Assembly (NCBI GenBank): GCA_041739675.1
Contig: JBGSNL010000057.1
Coordinates: forward strand, 1 to 53,980
Direction: 5' to 3'
DNA: 53,980 bases
Origin: a bacterium
Lineage (GTDB): Bacteria > UBA10199 > 2-02-FULL-44-16 > DYJF01
A program made the position numbers and the translations under genes. This document shows, piece by piece, positions 10,043 to 16,753 of the stretch; position 1 is the stretch's first letter; the number at the start of each line of letters is the position of its first letter. The notes beneath the pieces were generated by a model. It was not told the DNA's origin and made no database searches. It was given only the letters and a program-made list of their open reading frames with translations.

Positions 10043-10077
10043 GCTGCCCGTCGCTTTGCGCAAGGGGGCGCCGCAGC
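10043..10077. repeat. GC-rich imperfect hairpin repeat, copy 1 of 3
   Basis: GCTGCCCGTCGCTTTGCGCAAGGGGGCGCCGCAGC; similar sequence at 11490-11523 and 13410-13437. Confidence 0.75.
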
Positions 10078-10226
10078 AAAACAGGAAATCGATAAATGCG
10101 ATAAAAGCGATTATGATTACGATTATGATTAACGATTATCGATAATCGATTTTGTCGCCTTTATCTTAATCATAATCCTAATCGCCGTTATCATTAATCA
10201 GTTGTTTGCATCATTTTCGGTCGCCC

Positions 10227-10322
10227 TGCCCGGTTTTCATGCAGCGATAAATCTCTCCGCAATTAACAAAGCGCCAACTTTCAAGCACTTCCGCCATTTC
10301 ATATCCTGGCACAACCATTGCT
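10227..10322 (+). promoter_or_regulatory. Sigma54-type promoter module (UAS-like, IHF-like, -24/-12)
   Basis: TGGCAC-AACCA-TTGCT at 10307-10322; TTTCAA-GCAC-TTC at 10279; TGCCCGGTTTTCATGCA at 10227. Confidence 0.6.
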
Positions 10323-10430
10323 TATGTAAAAATGGTAATGAACACCCACATTCATAATCAGCATCACCTCCGCAAAATAACCCTTGATAATATACCCCTC
10401 CGGCATACAATCGTATGCTGGAGGAATACG

Positions 10431-10982
10431 ATGCTATTCACAGATAACCAACTGTCCATTTTAAGCGTTCTTATCAACGAGCCGGAGGGAGAGCTTCATT
10501 TCAGGGATCTGGCGAGACGTCTTCAGAAAGAGCCGGGAGTGATCCAAAAATCGCTCAACAACCTCGAAGTGGGCGGGTTTGTCAAAAGTCGCAGAAGAGG
10601 AAATCAGCGGCTCATAAGTTTCAACATTGATCACCCGTTGGCCGAAGAAGTGAAAAATATCGTGGAAAAAAGCGCCGGAGTGAGAGCGGCCCTGAAAAAA
10701 ATAATGGATGAGTTGGGCGAGATCAAAACGGCTCTCATATTTGGTTCCTATGCAAGGGGGAATTATACAAAGGCATCGGACATGGATCTTCTAATTGTAG
10801 GTAATCCCAATTGCGAAACCGAGCTGACAAACAAAATAGGAGATATAGAGAAGAAGATCGGACGGGAAATCAATTTCAAATTATACAGTCCCGACGAATT
10901 CAGACGCCGGATGAAGAACAAAGATCCCTTTCTTGAAGAGATCCTGGGCGATAAATGCATTCTTCTAAAAGGAAAATTATGA
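10431..10982 (+). CDS. Winged-HTH + minimal nucleotidyltransferase (MNT) antitoxin
   Basis: SD GGAGG; N-terminal HTH; IFGSYARG...SDMDLLIVG Pol-beta NTase motif. Confidence 0.88.
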   Translation: MLFTDNQLSILSVLINEPEGELHFRDLARRLQKEPGVIQKSLNNLEVGGFVKSRRRGNQRLISFNIDHPLAEEVKNIVEKSAGVRAALKKIMDELGEIKTALIFGSYARGNYTKASDMDLLIVGNPNCETELTNKIGDIEKKIGREINFKLYSPDEFRRRMKNKDPFLEEILGDKCILLKGKL

Positions 10983-11443
10983 AAGGCATATTTGACGCTC
11001 ATATGAATGGTGGATTTTTAAAGAAGCAACATCCAAATGAACGTCAAATATCGTATCAACTTCATCGTGCCGATCTTGATCTCAAAACTGCTCAAAAAAT
11101 AATCAACGCGGACCCGGAATGGGCGATAACTGTTGCATATCATGCGATGCTGCGTTCAGGCCGTGCTTTATTGTTTGCTCATGGTTATTTGCCCGCGGAC
11201 GGCGCCCAGCATAAGACGGTAGTCGAATTAACGGGCAAGATATTCGGAAGCAGCTATAAGGATCTCATAACGCAATTTGAGCGCTTGCGCAGGAAGAGAA
11301 ATATGTTTTTCTATGAATCATTCGAATCGGCATCTGCTACAGAGGCGCGAAACGCACTGAAGACAGCTGCAACAATTTTGGCAGAAGTTAGGAAAGCTGT
11401 TGAAATAATCTCGAAACAGCAGCATCTTGACTTCCAGAAATAG
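10979..11443 (+). CDS. HEPN domain protein (MNT-HEPN toxin partner)
   Basis: AYHAMLRSGRALL and RRKRNMFFYE HEPN-type motifs; ATGA overlap with the MNT gene. Confidence 0.85.
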   Translation: MKGIFDAHMNGGFLKKQHPNERQISYQLHRADLDLKTAQKIINADPEWAITVAYHAMLRSGRALLFAHGYLPADGAQHKTVVELTGKIFGSSYKDLITQFERLRRKRNMFFYESFESASATEARNALKTAATILAEVRKAVEIISKQQHLDFQK

Positions 11444-11489
11444 CGACAAATAGAGGATTCCTTCCCCTCTTGTAACTCGTTGAAGCGAT

Positions 11490-11523
11490 TGCCCGTCGGT
11501 TTGCGAGAAAGGGGCGCCGCGGC
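11490..11523. repeat. GC-rich imperfect hairpin repeat, copy 2 of 3
   Basis: TGCCCGTCGGTTTGCGAGAAAGGGGCGCCGCGGC. Confidence 0.7.
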
Positions 11524-11545
11524 GCGGGAACGATAATCGCTTATA

Positions 11546-11972
11546 TGGAGGGCATGCATATGCAATATTCAATCGCATTAGACCTTCAGCAGAGAATGTG
11601 TGAGATTGTGCGCAGGCTCGATTTTACACATATAGATTGCAATCGAGTTGTTTGTCTCAGAAGCATCGGGAGCAAAACCAAAAGAGTCATTGCCAGATGC
11701 CATGCTTTGCCCAAGATTATGCAGTTAGCAATGGAGGCGAAGGCTCATTATGCGATCGAGTTTCTGGAACGCTTTGAGAAACTCACAACGGCCGATCAGG
11801 ATATGACGATCATCCATGAATTGATGCATATTCCAAAAACCTTCGGCGGCGGTTTCAGGCATCACGATTTTGTTTGTCGTAAAAATGTGGAGAAGTTGTA
11901 CAAAATGTATTTGCAGTCCCAAGGATGAAGGGGGCGGGCGCTTTTATCATTGATCGTTTTGCATAAGTAAAA
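11546..11972 (+). repeat. ~430-bp direct repeat, copy 1 (copy 2 at 14361-14787)
   Basis: Near-identical DNA covering the SD, the whole metallopeptidase gene and ~45 nt of downstream sequence ending GCATAAGTAAAA. Confidence 0.92.
11560..11928 (+). CDS. Putative zinc metallopeptidase (COG4900 / phage-metallopeptidase-like), copy 1
   Basis: IIHELMHIP HExxH motif, GGFRHH, RSIGSK..VIAR pattern; SD GGAGGG. Confidence 0.8.
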   Translation: MQYSIALDLQQRMCEIVRRLDFTHIDCNRVVCLRSIGSKTKRVIARCHALPKIMQLAMEAKAHYAIEFLERFEKLTTADQDMTIIHELMHIPKTFGGGFRHHDFVCRKNVEKLYKMYLQSQG

Positions 11973-12016
11973 ACCACTGGTAACGGAGCAAAGGTTTAAA
12001 AACCGTTTAATTTGAT

Positions 12017-12583
12017 CTATTTAGCCTTAGTCAACATCCCATTAACAATGGCTCGATATTCGGTCTGACGATGCAAGGGGTCAGTTGAGAACGCCAGATA
12101 AGTAGGGGCTGGCGTTAGCAGATCGTCATCTTTTCCATGAGCATAATAATTGTATGAAGACCATATACTGTCCTTTGGAGTTTTGTCCCTTCCGGCACGC
12201 ACGCCATTCAGGTCGACATAGGCCATAACTGCAAGCAGATGAGTATCACCTTCGATCGGCAGCGACTTGATCCTTTCCATAACCACCTGACCACGCCTGC
12301 GCATCCTACGATTTGTCTGCCGTGCAAATAAGTTGTTAACGACTCTGAAGAAATTCGAGAAAGATTCTATTGATTCGGTTTTTCCTATCAAGTGAATGTG
12401 ATTTTCCATGAAGTGGTAGCCGTAAAAGACCATTTCATATTTATCGCGGTATTTAAGCAGCAGGTCATAGTAGAGCCGCTTGATGCGATCGTCTCGAAGC
12501 AGCCAACTCTTGTTGTGACATCGCCATGCTACGTGAAATAAGCAGCCATCATATAGTATCTGGTTGCGTGGTCGGCCGGGCAT
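12017..12583 (-). CDS. REP-associated tyrosine transposase (Y1_Tnp, HUH superfamily)
   Basis: MPGRPR start, FHVAWRCHN, MENHIHL (HUH), YVDLNGVRAG (catalytic Tyr), WSSY. Confidence 0.88.
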   Translation of the reverse strand: MPGRPRNQILYDGCLFHVAWRCHNKSWLLRDDRIKRLYYDLLLKYRDKYEMVFYGYHFMENHIHLIGKTESIESFSNFFRVVNNLFARQTNRRMRRRGQVVMERIKSLPIEGDTHLLAVMAYVDLNGVRAGRDKTPKDSIWSSYNYYAHGKDDDLLTPAPTYLAFSTDPLHRQTEYRAIVNGMLTKAK

Positions 12584-12598
12584 ATCCTTCTTGAACCT

Positions 12599-12614
12599 AG
12601 CAAGGAATATGCCA
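12599..12614 (-). promoter_or_regulatory. Sigma54 -24/-12 promoter of the transposase
   Basis: Minus strand TGGCAT-ATTCC-TTGCT, 15 nt upstream of the ATG. Confidence 0.6.
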
Positions 12615-12809
12615 TGAGAGGCTCGTACTGTAACAACTTGAAATGATTATAAAATCATCGCTGAAGAGTTGTTGCCAGGCAGCGCTAAGTGCTGTATTTT
12701 CATGCACATTGTAGCATTTTGCTCCGTTACCAGTGGCGCATTGAAAAGTGGTATAATTAAAACAAAGGAAAAAGGTTTCCGGGAATATTGTGGGAAGGAG
12801 ATGCGTTAC

Positions 12810-13211
12810 ATGAACATTCTGATCAAAATTGCGTTGGTGTTCGCGTTAGGCATGGCAGTTTCGGCAGCTGGCATTGCCAATGCGCAGAGTTGGAGGAATT
12901 ACGGAACTCGGAGCGGCCAATATACAGGCCCTGGTGGGGGTTTGTCCACGGGACCAGGCGGTGGTCAATCCACGGGACCTGGTGGCGGCTTGTCTACTGG
13001 ACCGGGTGGTGGTCAATCCACGGGACCTGGTGGCGGTTTGTCCACTGGGCCGGGTGGTGGCCTATCCACAGGACCTGGCGGTGGTTTGTCCACTGGGCCA
13101 GGTGGTGGTCAGTCCACGGGACCTGGCGGGGGTTTGTCCACTGGGCCAGGTGGTGGCCTGTCAACGGGTCCTTGCGGTGGGTTGTCAACGGGGCCATGTT
13201 ATTCTAAATAG
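12810..13211 (+). CDS. Secreted glycine-rich octapeptide-repeat protein (TGPGGG[L/Q]S)n
   Basis: SD AAGGAG; signal peptide ending ANA-Q; 11 full repeats with synonymous third-position variation, which favours this frame. Confidence 0.75.
   Translation: MNILIKIALVFALGMAVSAAGIANAQSWRNYGTRSGQYTGPGGGLSTGPGGGQSTGPGGGLSTGPGGGQSTGPGGGLSTGPGGGLSTGPGGGLSTGPGGGQSTGPGGGLSTGPGGGLSTGPCGGLSTGPCYSK
12924..13199 (+). repeat. 24-bp coding tandem repeat, 11.5 units
   Basis: ACNGGNCCNGGYGGNGGY(YTR/CAR)TCN units read directly. Confidence 0.9.
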
Positions 13212-13381
13212 GTTATCAGTGATTTGATTTCTTCCGTCTTCTTTTGATAAATGGTCAATTGGTGAATTCACAAGTCAAGTACAACGCTCGGCCCTGTAGG
13301 CCGCCCGAGGCGTTTTAAAACCAAAACATTTCAATCGATCCCAATTGACAAGTGAACGGCATCGGGGCGGCGCATGCTGAG

Positions 13382-13411
13382 GACCATTTTGTTGACGTCA
13401 ACAAAATGATC
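13382..13411. repeat. 30-bp palindrome with a perfect 24-bp core
   Basis: CATTTTGTTGAC|GTCAACAAAATG at 13385-13408. Confidence 0.85.
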
Positions 13412-13437
13412 GCTTTGCGCGAAGGGGGCGCCGCGGC
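13410..13437. repeat. GC-rich hairpin repeat, copy 3 of 3 (5'-truncated)
   Basis: TCGCTTTGCGCGAAGGGGGCGCCGCGGC. Confidence 0.7.
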
Positions 13438-13460
13438 CACTACTTCATTTCCGGTCACCC

Positions 13461-13556
13461 TGCATGATTTTCATGCAGCAATCATCATTTCTAAGAATCT
13501 AATTTCCTTTAAAATCAATCCATTATCACCACCTCGTTCCCGGTACAGATCTTGCT
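13461..13556 (+). promoter_or_regulatory. Second, partly degenerate copy of the sigma54-type promoter module
   Basis: Palindrome TGCATGA-TTT-TCATGCA (13461-13477), IHF consensus AATCAA-TCCA-TTA (13513-13525), CGGTAC-AGATC-TTGCT (13541-13556); same spacing as 10227-10322. Confidence 0.5.
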
Positions 13557-13605
13557 AATTACAGCAAATACAATGAGTTCCTTTTCAACAATGGTAAAAA
13601 ATCCC

Positions 13606-13651
13606 GATTCCCATTTATGGTAATATTCCCTTGATTCCCATATTTGGTAAT
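13606..13651. promoter_or_regulatory. Tandem 19-bp pseudo-palindromic operators upstream of the relE-higA pair
   Basis: GATTCCCATTTATGGTAAT (13606-13624) and GATTCCCATATTTGGTAAT (13633-13651). Confidence 0.55.
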
Positions 13652-13660
13652 GGTAAGATT

Positions 13661-13957
13661 ATGACTAGAGAGGAAACACAAAAACGCTGGCGGCTCTTAG
13701 AAAGCACTTCTGCGCAGAAGGTCATTTTGAGGGCGCCTCTTCAAGTGCGCCAGAAGTATGAGTTTTGGAAGGAGCAGATAGAAGACGGCGGGCCCATGGG
13801 AATTCGGAAATGGAAGGGATTTTATGATCATCTGCTCAAGGGGGAGTGGGAAGGCTACAGATCATCATATTTGAATAAGCAATACAGGGTCATCTATAGA
13901 ATAGAAGCGGAGTGTAGAACGGTATTTGTCGAGAGAATCGGTCCTCACAATTATTGA
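13661..13957 (+). CDS. RelE/HigB-family mRNA interferase toxin
   Basis: DHLLKGEWEGYRSSYLNKQYRVIYRI...IGPHNY RelE-superfamily pattern; precedes an HTH gene. Confidence 0.85.
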   Translation: MTREETQKRWRLLESTSAQKVILRAPLQVRQKYEFWKEQIEDGGPMGIRKWKGFYDHLLKGEWEGYRSSYLNKQYRVIYRIEAECRTVFVERIGPHNY

Positions 13958-13970
13958 TCACGAGGTTTGT

Positions 13971-14354
13971 GTGAAAAAAGAAAAATATAGTGAATCGAAG
14001 AAATATGCTGATCTGACGCCGGGGGATCGCATTAAGATCGCCTGCGAATTATCCGGCCTAACACAATTGGAGATAGCGCATCGCGCAGGACTTCGCCCTC
14101 CTCATCTGAACGAGATGATTCATGGTAAGAGGCCGATTGGGCTTGATGTCGCACAGCGCTTATCGAAAGTGCTCGGCCTTTCAGTGATCCGTCTCCTTGA
14201 TATAGCGGATGAAGCGAGTAGAAAAGAAGTCGAAGCGGCGCTGATGAAGCTCAAGAAACACGTCGAAGAATCGGAAACGATAGGAGAGATCACCGAAAAG
14301 ATTCTTTTGAAGGATATCGATGAAGCTATCGAAGCTAACCGCAAGGCAAGTTGA
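13971..14354 (+). CDS. XRE/HigA-like HTH antitoxin
   Basis: TPGDRIK...GLTQLEIAHRAGL...LNEMIHGKRPIG...LSKVL; GTG start after GAGGT. Confidence 0.85.
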   Translation: MKKEKYSESKKYADLTPGDRIKIACELSGLTQLEIAHRAGLRPPHLNEMIHGKRPIGLDVAQRLSKVLGLSVIRLLDIADEASRKEVEAALMKLKKHVEESETIGEITEKILLKDIDEAIEANRKAS

Positions 14355-14360
14355 GCGGCA

Positions 14361-14787
14361 TTGAGGGTGTGCATATGCAATATTCGATCGCGTTGGATCT
14401 TCAGCAGAGAATGTGTGAGATTGTGCGCAGGCTCGAGTTTGCCCATATAGACTGCAATCGGGTTGTTTGTCTCAGAAGCATAGGGAGCAAAACCAAAAGA
14501 GTCATTGCCAGATGCCATGCATTGCCCAAGGTTATGCAGTTGGCAATGGAGGCGAAGGCCCATTATGCAATCGAATTTCTTGAGCGCTTTGAGAAACTAA
14601 CAACTGCCGATCAGGATATGACGATCATCCATGAATTGATGCATATTCCAAAAACCTTCGGCGGAGGTTTCAGGCATCACGATTTTGTTTGTCATAAAAA
14701 TGTGGAGCAGTTGTACAAAAGATATTTGCAATCCCAAGTATGAAGGGGGCGGGCGCTTTTATCGTTGATCGTTTTGCATAAGTAAAA
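14361..14787 (+). repeat. ~430-bp direct repeat, copy 2
   Basis: Matches 11546-11972 at an offset of 2815 bp. Confidence 0.92.
14375..14743 (+). CDS. Putative zinc metallopeptidase, copy 2
   Basis: HELMH motif; 7 amino-acid differences from copy 1 over 122 aa. Confidence 0.8.
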   Translation: MQYSIALDLQQRMCEIVRRLEFAHIDCNRVVCLRSIGSKTKRVIARCHALPKVMQLAMEAKAHYAIEFLERFEKLTTADQDMTIIHELMHIPKTFGGGFRHHDFVCHKNVEQLYKRYLQSQV

Positions 14788-14824
14788 TATAGGGCCTATA
14801 GAACTCAAAAAAAAGGAGGTGGAG

Positions 14825-15256
14825 ATGAAGAAGATATTGTTTGTCCTTATTGCCGCAGTGCTGGCAGTGCCGGCCGTCGCAATGGCCGAGAAATGCGCGG
14901 AGCCCGCAAAGGCCGATCTGAAGGCCGGCACAAAGGTTGTGGCCCAATGGCAGGGCGACAGCTGGTGGCTGGCAAAAATCGATTCGGTCAACAAAGGCCG
15001 CTACAACGTGACCTACTCCGACCAGACGAAGGGGAGGAACAAGACTAAGGATCAGGTAGCCTATTATATCTATGCCGACTCGCAAACGCCGCCCCCTTGC
15101 TTCAAGACGGGCGACAAGGTGATCGCGCAGTGGAAGGGCGACAACTGGTGGAAGGCCGAGATTACGTCCATCAAGGGCGATAAGGCCGATATCACATACT
15201 CCGACGGAGAAAAGGGAACGCGCAAGCTGACCGATATGGTCCGCAATCCGTGGTGA
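14825..15256 (+). CDS. Secreted protein with two tandem Tudor/Agenet-like (SH3-fold) repeats
   Basis: Signal peptide (AMA-E); two units of GxKVxAQWxGDxWWxAxIxSxxxxxxxxTYSD. Confidence 0.7.
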   Translation: MKKILFVLIAAVLAVPAVAMAEKCAEPAKADLKAGTKVVAQWQGDSWWLAKIDSVNKGRYNVTYSDQTKGRNKTKDQVAYYIYADSQTPPPCFKTGDKVIAQWKGDNWWKAEITSIKGDKADITYSDGEKGTRKLTDMVRNPW

Positions 15257-15280
15257 CAGCGATTCATCTCGTGAAGAATC

Positions 15281-15311
15281 AAAAAGCCCCGCGCGAAGCG
15301 GGGCTTTTTTT
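15281..15311. terminator. Intrinsic terminator (bidirectional form)
   Basis: AAAAA-GCCCCGC-loop-GCGGGGC-TTTTTTT. Confidence 0.85.
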
Positions 15312-15365
15312 GAACGGTCAGGTTTTTTTATGGCAGCGCTCACGATTTTATGTTGAAATGCGTTC

Positions 15366-16670
15366 ATGCCTGATTTAAATCCAAAACGCGGGCAGATAGG
15401 CCTTTTCGCCGCAATATCGATAGGCATAGGCGGCATGGTGGGCGCCGGCATATTCTCGATATTGGGCGTCGTGGCCGAGGTTTCGGGAACAGCCATGTGG
15501 TTGTCGTTTGTCATCGGCGGCATCGTGGCGCTTTTTTCCGCTTACTCTTATGCAAAACTGGGAGCGCGTTTTCCTTCAGCAGGAGGGGCGGTCGAATTTC
15601 TCGTGCAGGGTTTCGGCGACGGGGTCTTGAGCGGCGGCATCAATATATATATGTGGATCGGATACATCATAGCCCTTGCGCTGTATGCGCACGGATTCGC
15701 CGGATATTTCGCAACATTTTTTCCGCAATACACGTCGCCCCTCTTTGGAAAGGCGGCGGCGGCGGGGATCGTCATTTTGTTTACGGCGATAAACTTCATC
15801 GGGGCCGGAATGGTGGGGCGCTCCGAAACTTTCATCGTGGCCGTAAAGCTCGTTATCCTTCTGCTTTTTTCGGTCGTCGGTATGTTTTTCATTCATCCGG
15901 CATATCTTTCTCCGTCAGACTGGCCTCATTTATCGGGAATAATGTTTGGCGCTGGAGTTTTGTTCATCGGCTATGAGGGGTTCGGCCTCATCACGAACGC
16001 GGCGGAAGACATGGCCGATCCTAAAAAACTTCTGCCGCGCGCGCTTTACATGAGCGTCTTCGGCGTCATCATCATTTATATCCTGGTTTCCGTGGCGGTG
16101 CTTGGAAACCTGCACATCAATGAGATCGTCGGCGCGAAGGACTACGCTTTGGCCCAGGCGGCAAAGCCGTTTCTGGGGATGCTGGGTTTCAAGTTCATCG
16201 CCATTGGGGCGCTTTTCTCCACGGCGTCGGCAATCAACGCCACACTTTTCGGTTCGGCAAACGTCAGCTATATGCTCGCAAAAGACGGGGAGCTGCCGGC
16301 GGTTTTTTCACGGAGGATATGGCAGGGGGGATCGGGCGGTCTTGTGATCACGGCAATAATGGTTTTGGTTTTTGTTGTCTTTTTCGATCTGTCGGGCGTG
16401 GCCATGATGGGCAGCGGTTCGTTTCTTATGATATATGCGGCAGTCGGAATTGCCCATCTGCGCGTTCTTTCGCAAACCGGCGCGAACAAAACGCTTGTCT
16501 ATCTGTCGGTTATCGCCTGCCTTGGCACGGCCGCGGTTTTGGGCTACTATATTTATCAAAATTCCAAGCCGGCATTCGTTACGATGTTTGCGCTCATACC
16601 GTTGTGCTTCGGTCTGGAATGGGCGTATCGGGCCACTTGCGGAAGGACGATTGTGCTTCGGTCAAAATGA
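15366..16670 (+). CDS. APC-family amino acid permease
   Basis: IGIGGMVGAGIF, YAKLGARFPSAGG, FIGYEGFGLITNAAEDMADP; many hydrophobic helices. Confidence 0.9.
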   Translation: MPDLNPKRGQIGLFAAISIGIGGMVGAGIFSILGVVAEVSGTAMWLSFVIGGIVALFSAYSYAKLGARFPSAGGAVEFLVQGFGDGVLSGGINIYMWIGYIIALALYAHGFAGYFATFFPQYTSPLFGKAAAAGIVILFTAINFIGAGMVGRSETFIVAVKLVILLLFSVVGMFFIHPAYLSPSDWPHLSGIMFGAGVLFIGYEGFGLITNAAEDMADPKKLLPRALYMSVFGVIIIYILVSVAVLGNLHINEIVGAKDYALAQAAKPFLGMLGFKFIAIGALFSTASAINATLFGSANVSYMLAKDGELPAVFSRRIWQGGSGGLVITAIMVLVFVVFFDLSGVAMMGSGSFLMIYAAVGIAHLRVLSQTGANKTLVYLSVIACLGTAAVLGYYIYQNSKPAFVTMFALIPLCFGLEWAYRATCGRTIVLRSK

Positions 16671-16753
16671 CAATGAAAAGACATCATAAAATAATGTTGG
16701 CCGTGGGGTTTCTGCTGGCGATGATCGCCATGGCGGTCCTCATGATCTGGCAA

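Larger units (their letters stand above)
11974..12736. mobile_element. RAYT/IS200-like HUH transposase unit bounded by perfect 19-bp inverted repeats
   Basis: CCACTGGTAACGGAGCAAA (11974-11992) and its exact reverse complement (12718-12736) enclose the transposase gene and its promoter. Confidence 0.7.

Noticed and set aside
12788..13227. Alternative-frame ORFs over the 24-bp repeat, or a CRISPR array
   Set aside because: There are no unique spacers; variation falls at third codon positions of the TGPGGGLS frame, so the other frames are by-products
13283..13314. Small GC hairpin (AACGCTCGG...CCGAGGCGTT) as an attC site or terminator
   Set aside because: Single copy, imperfect, with no attC consensus; function cannot be supported
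10043..13437. Classical integron attC array
   Set aside because: The repeats lack RYYYAAC/GTTRRRY core sites and no IntI-type tyrosine recombinase is in the window
13352..13558. 68-aa ORF containing DHFVDVNKMI as a dinD gene
   Set aside because: Only the palindrome-encoded decapeptide looks familiar; the rest runs through non-coding repeat and promoter elements
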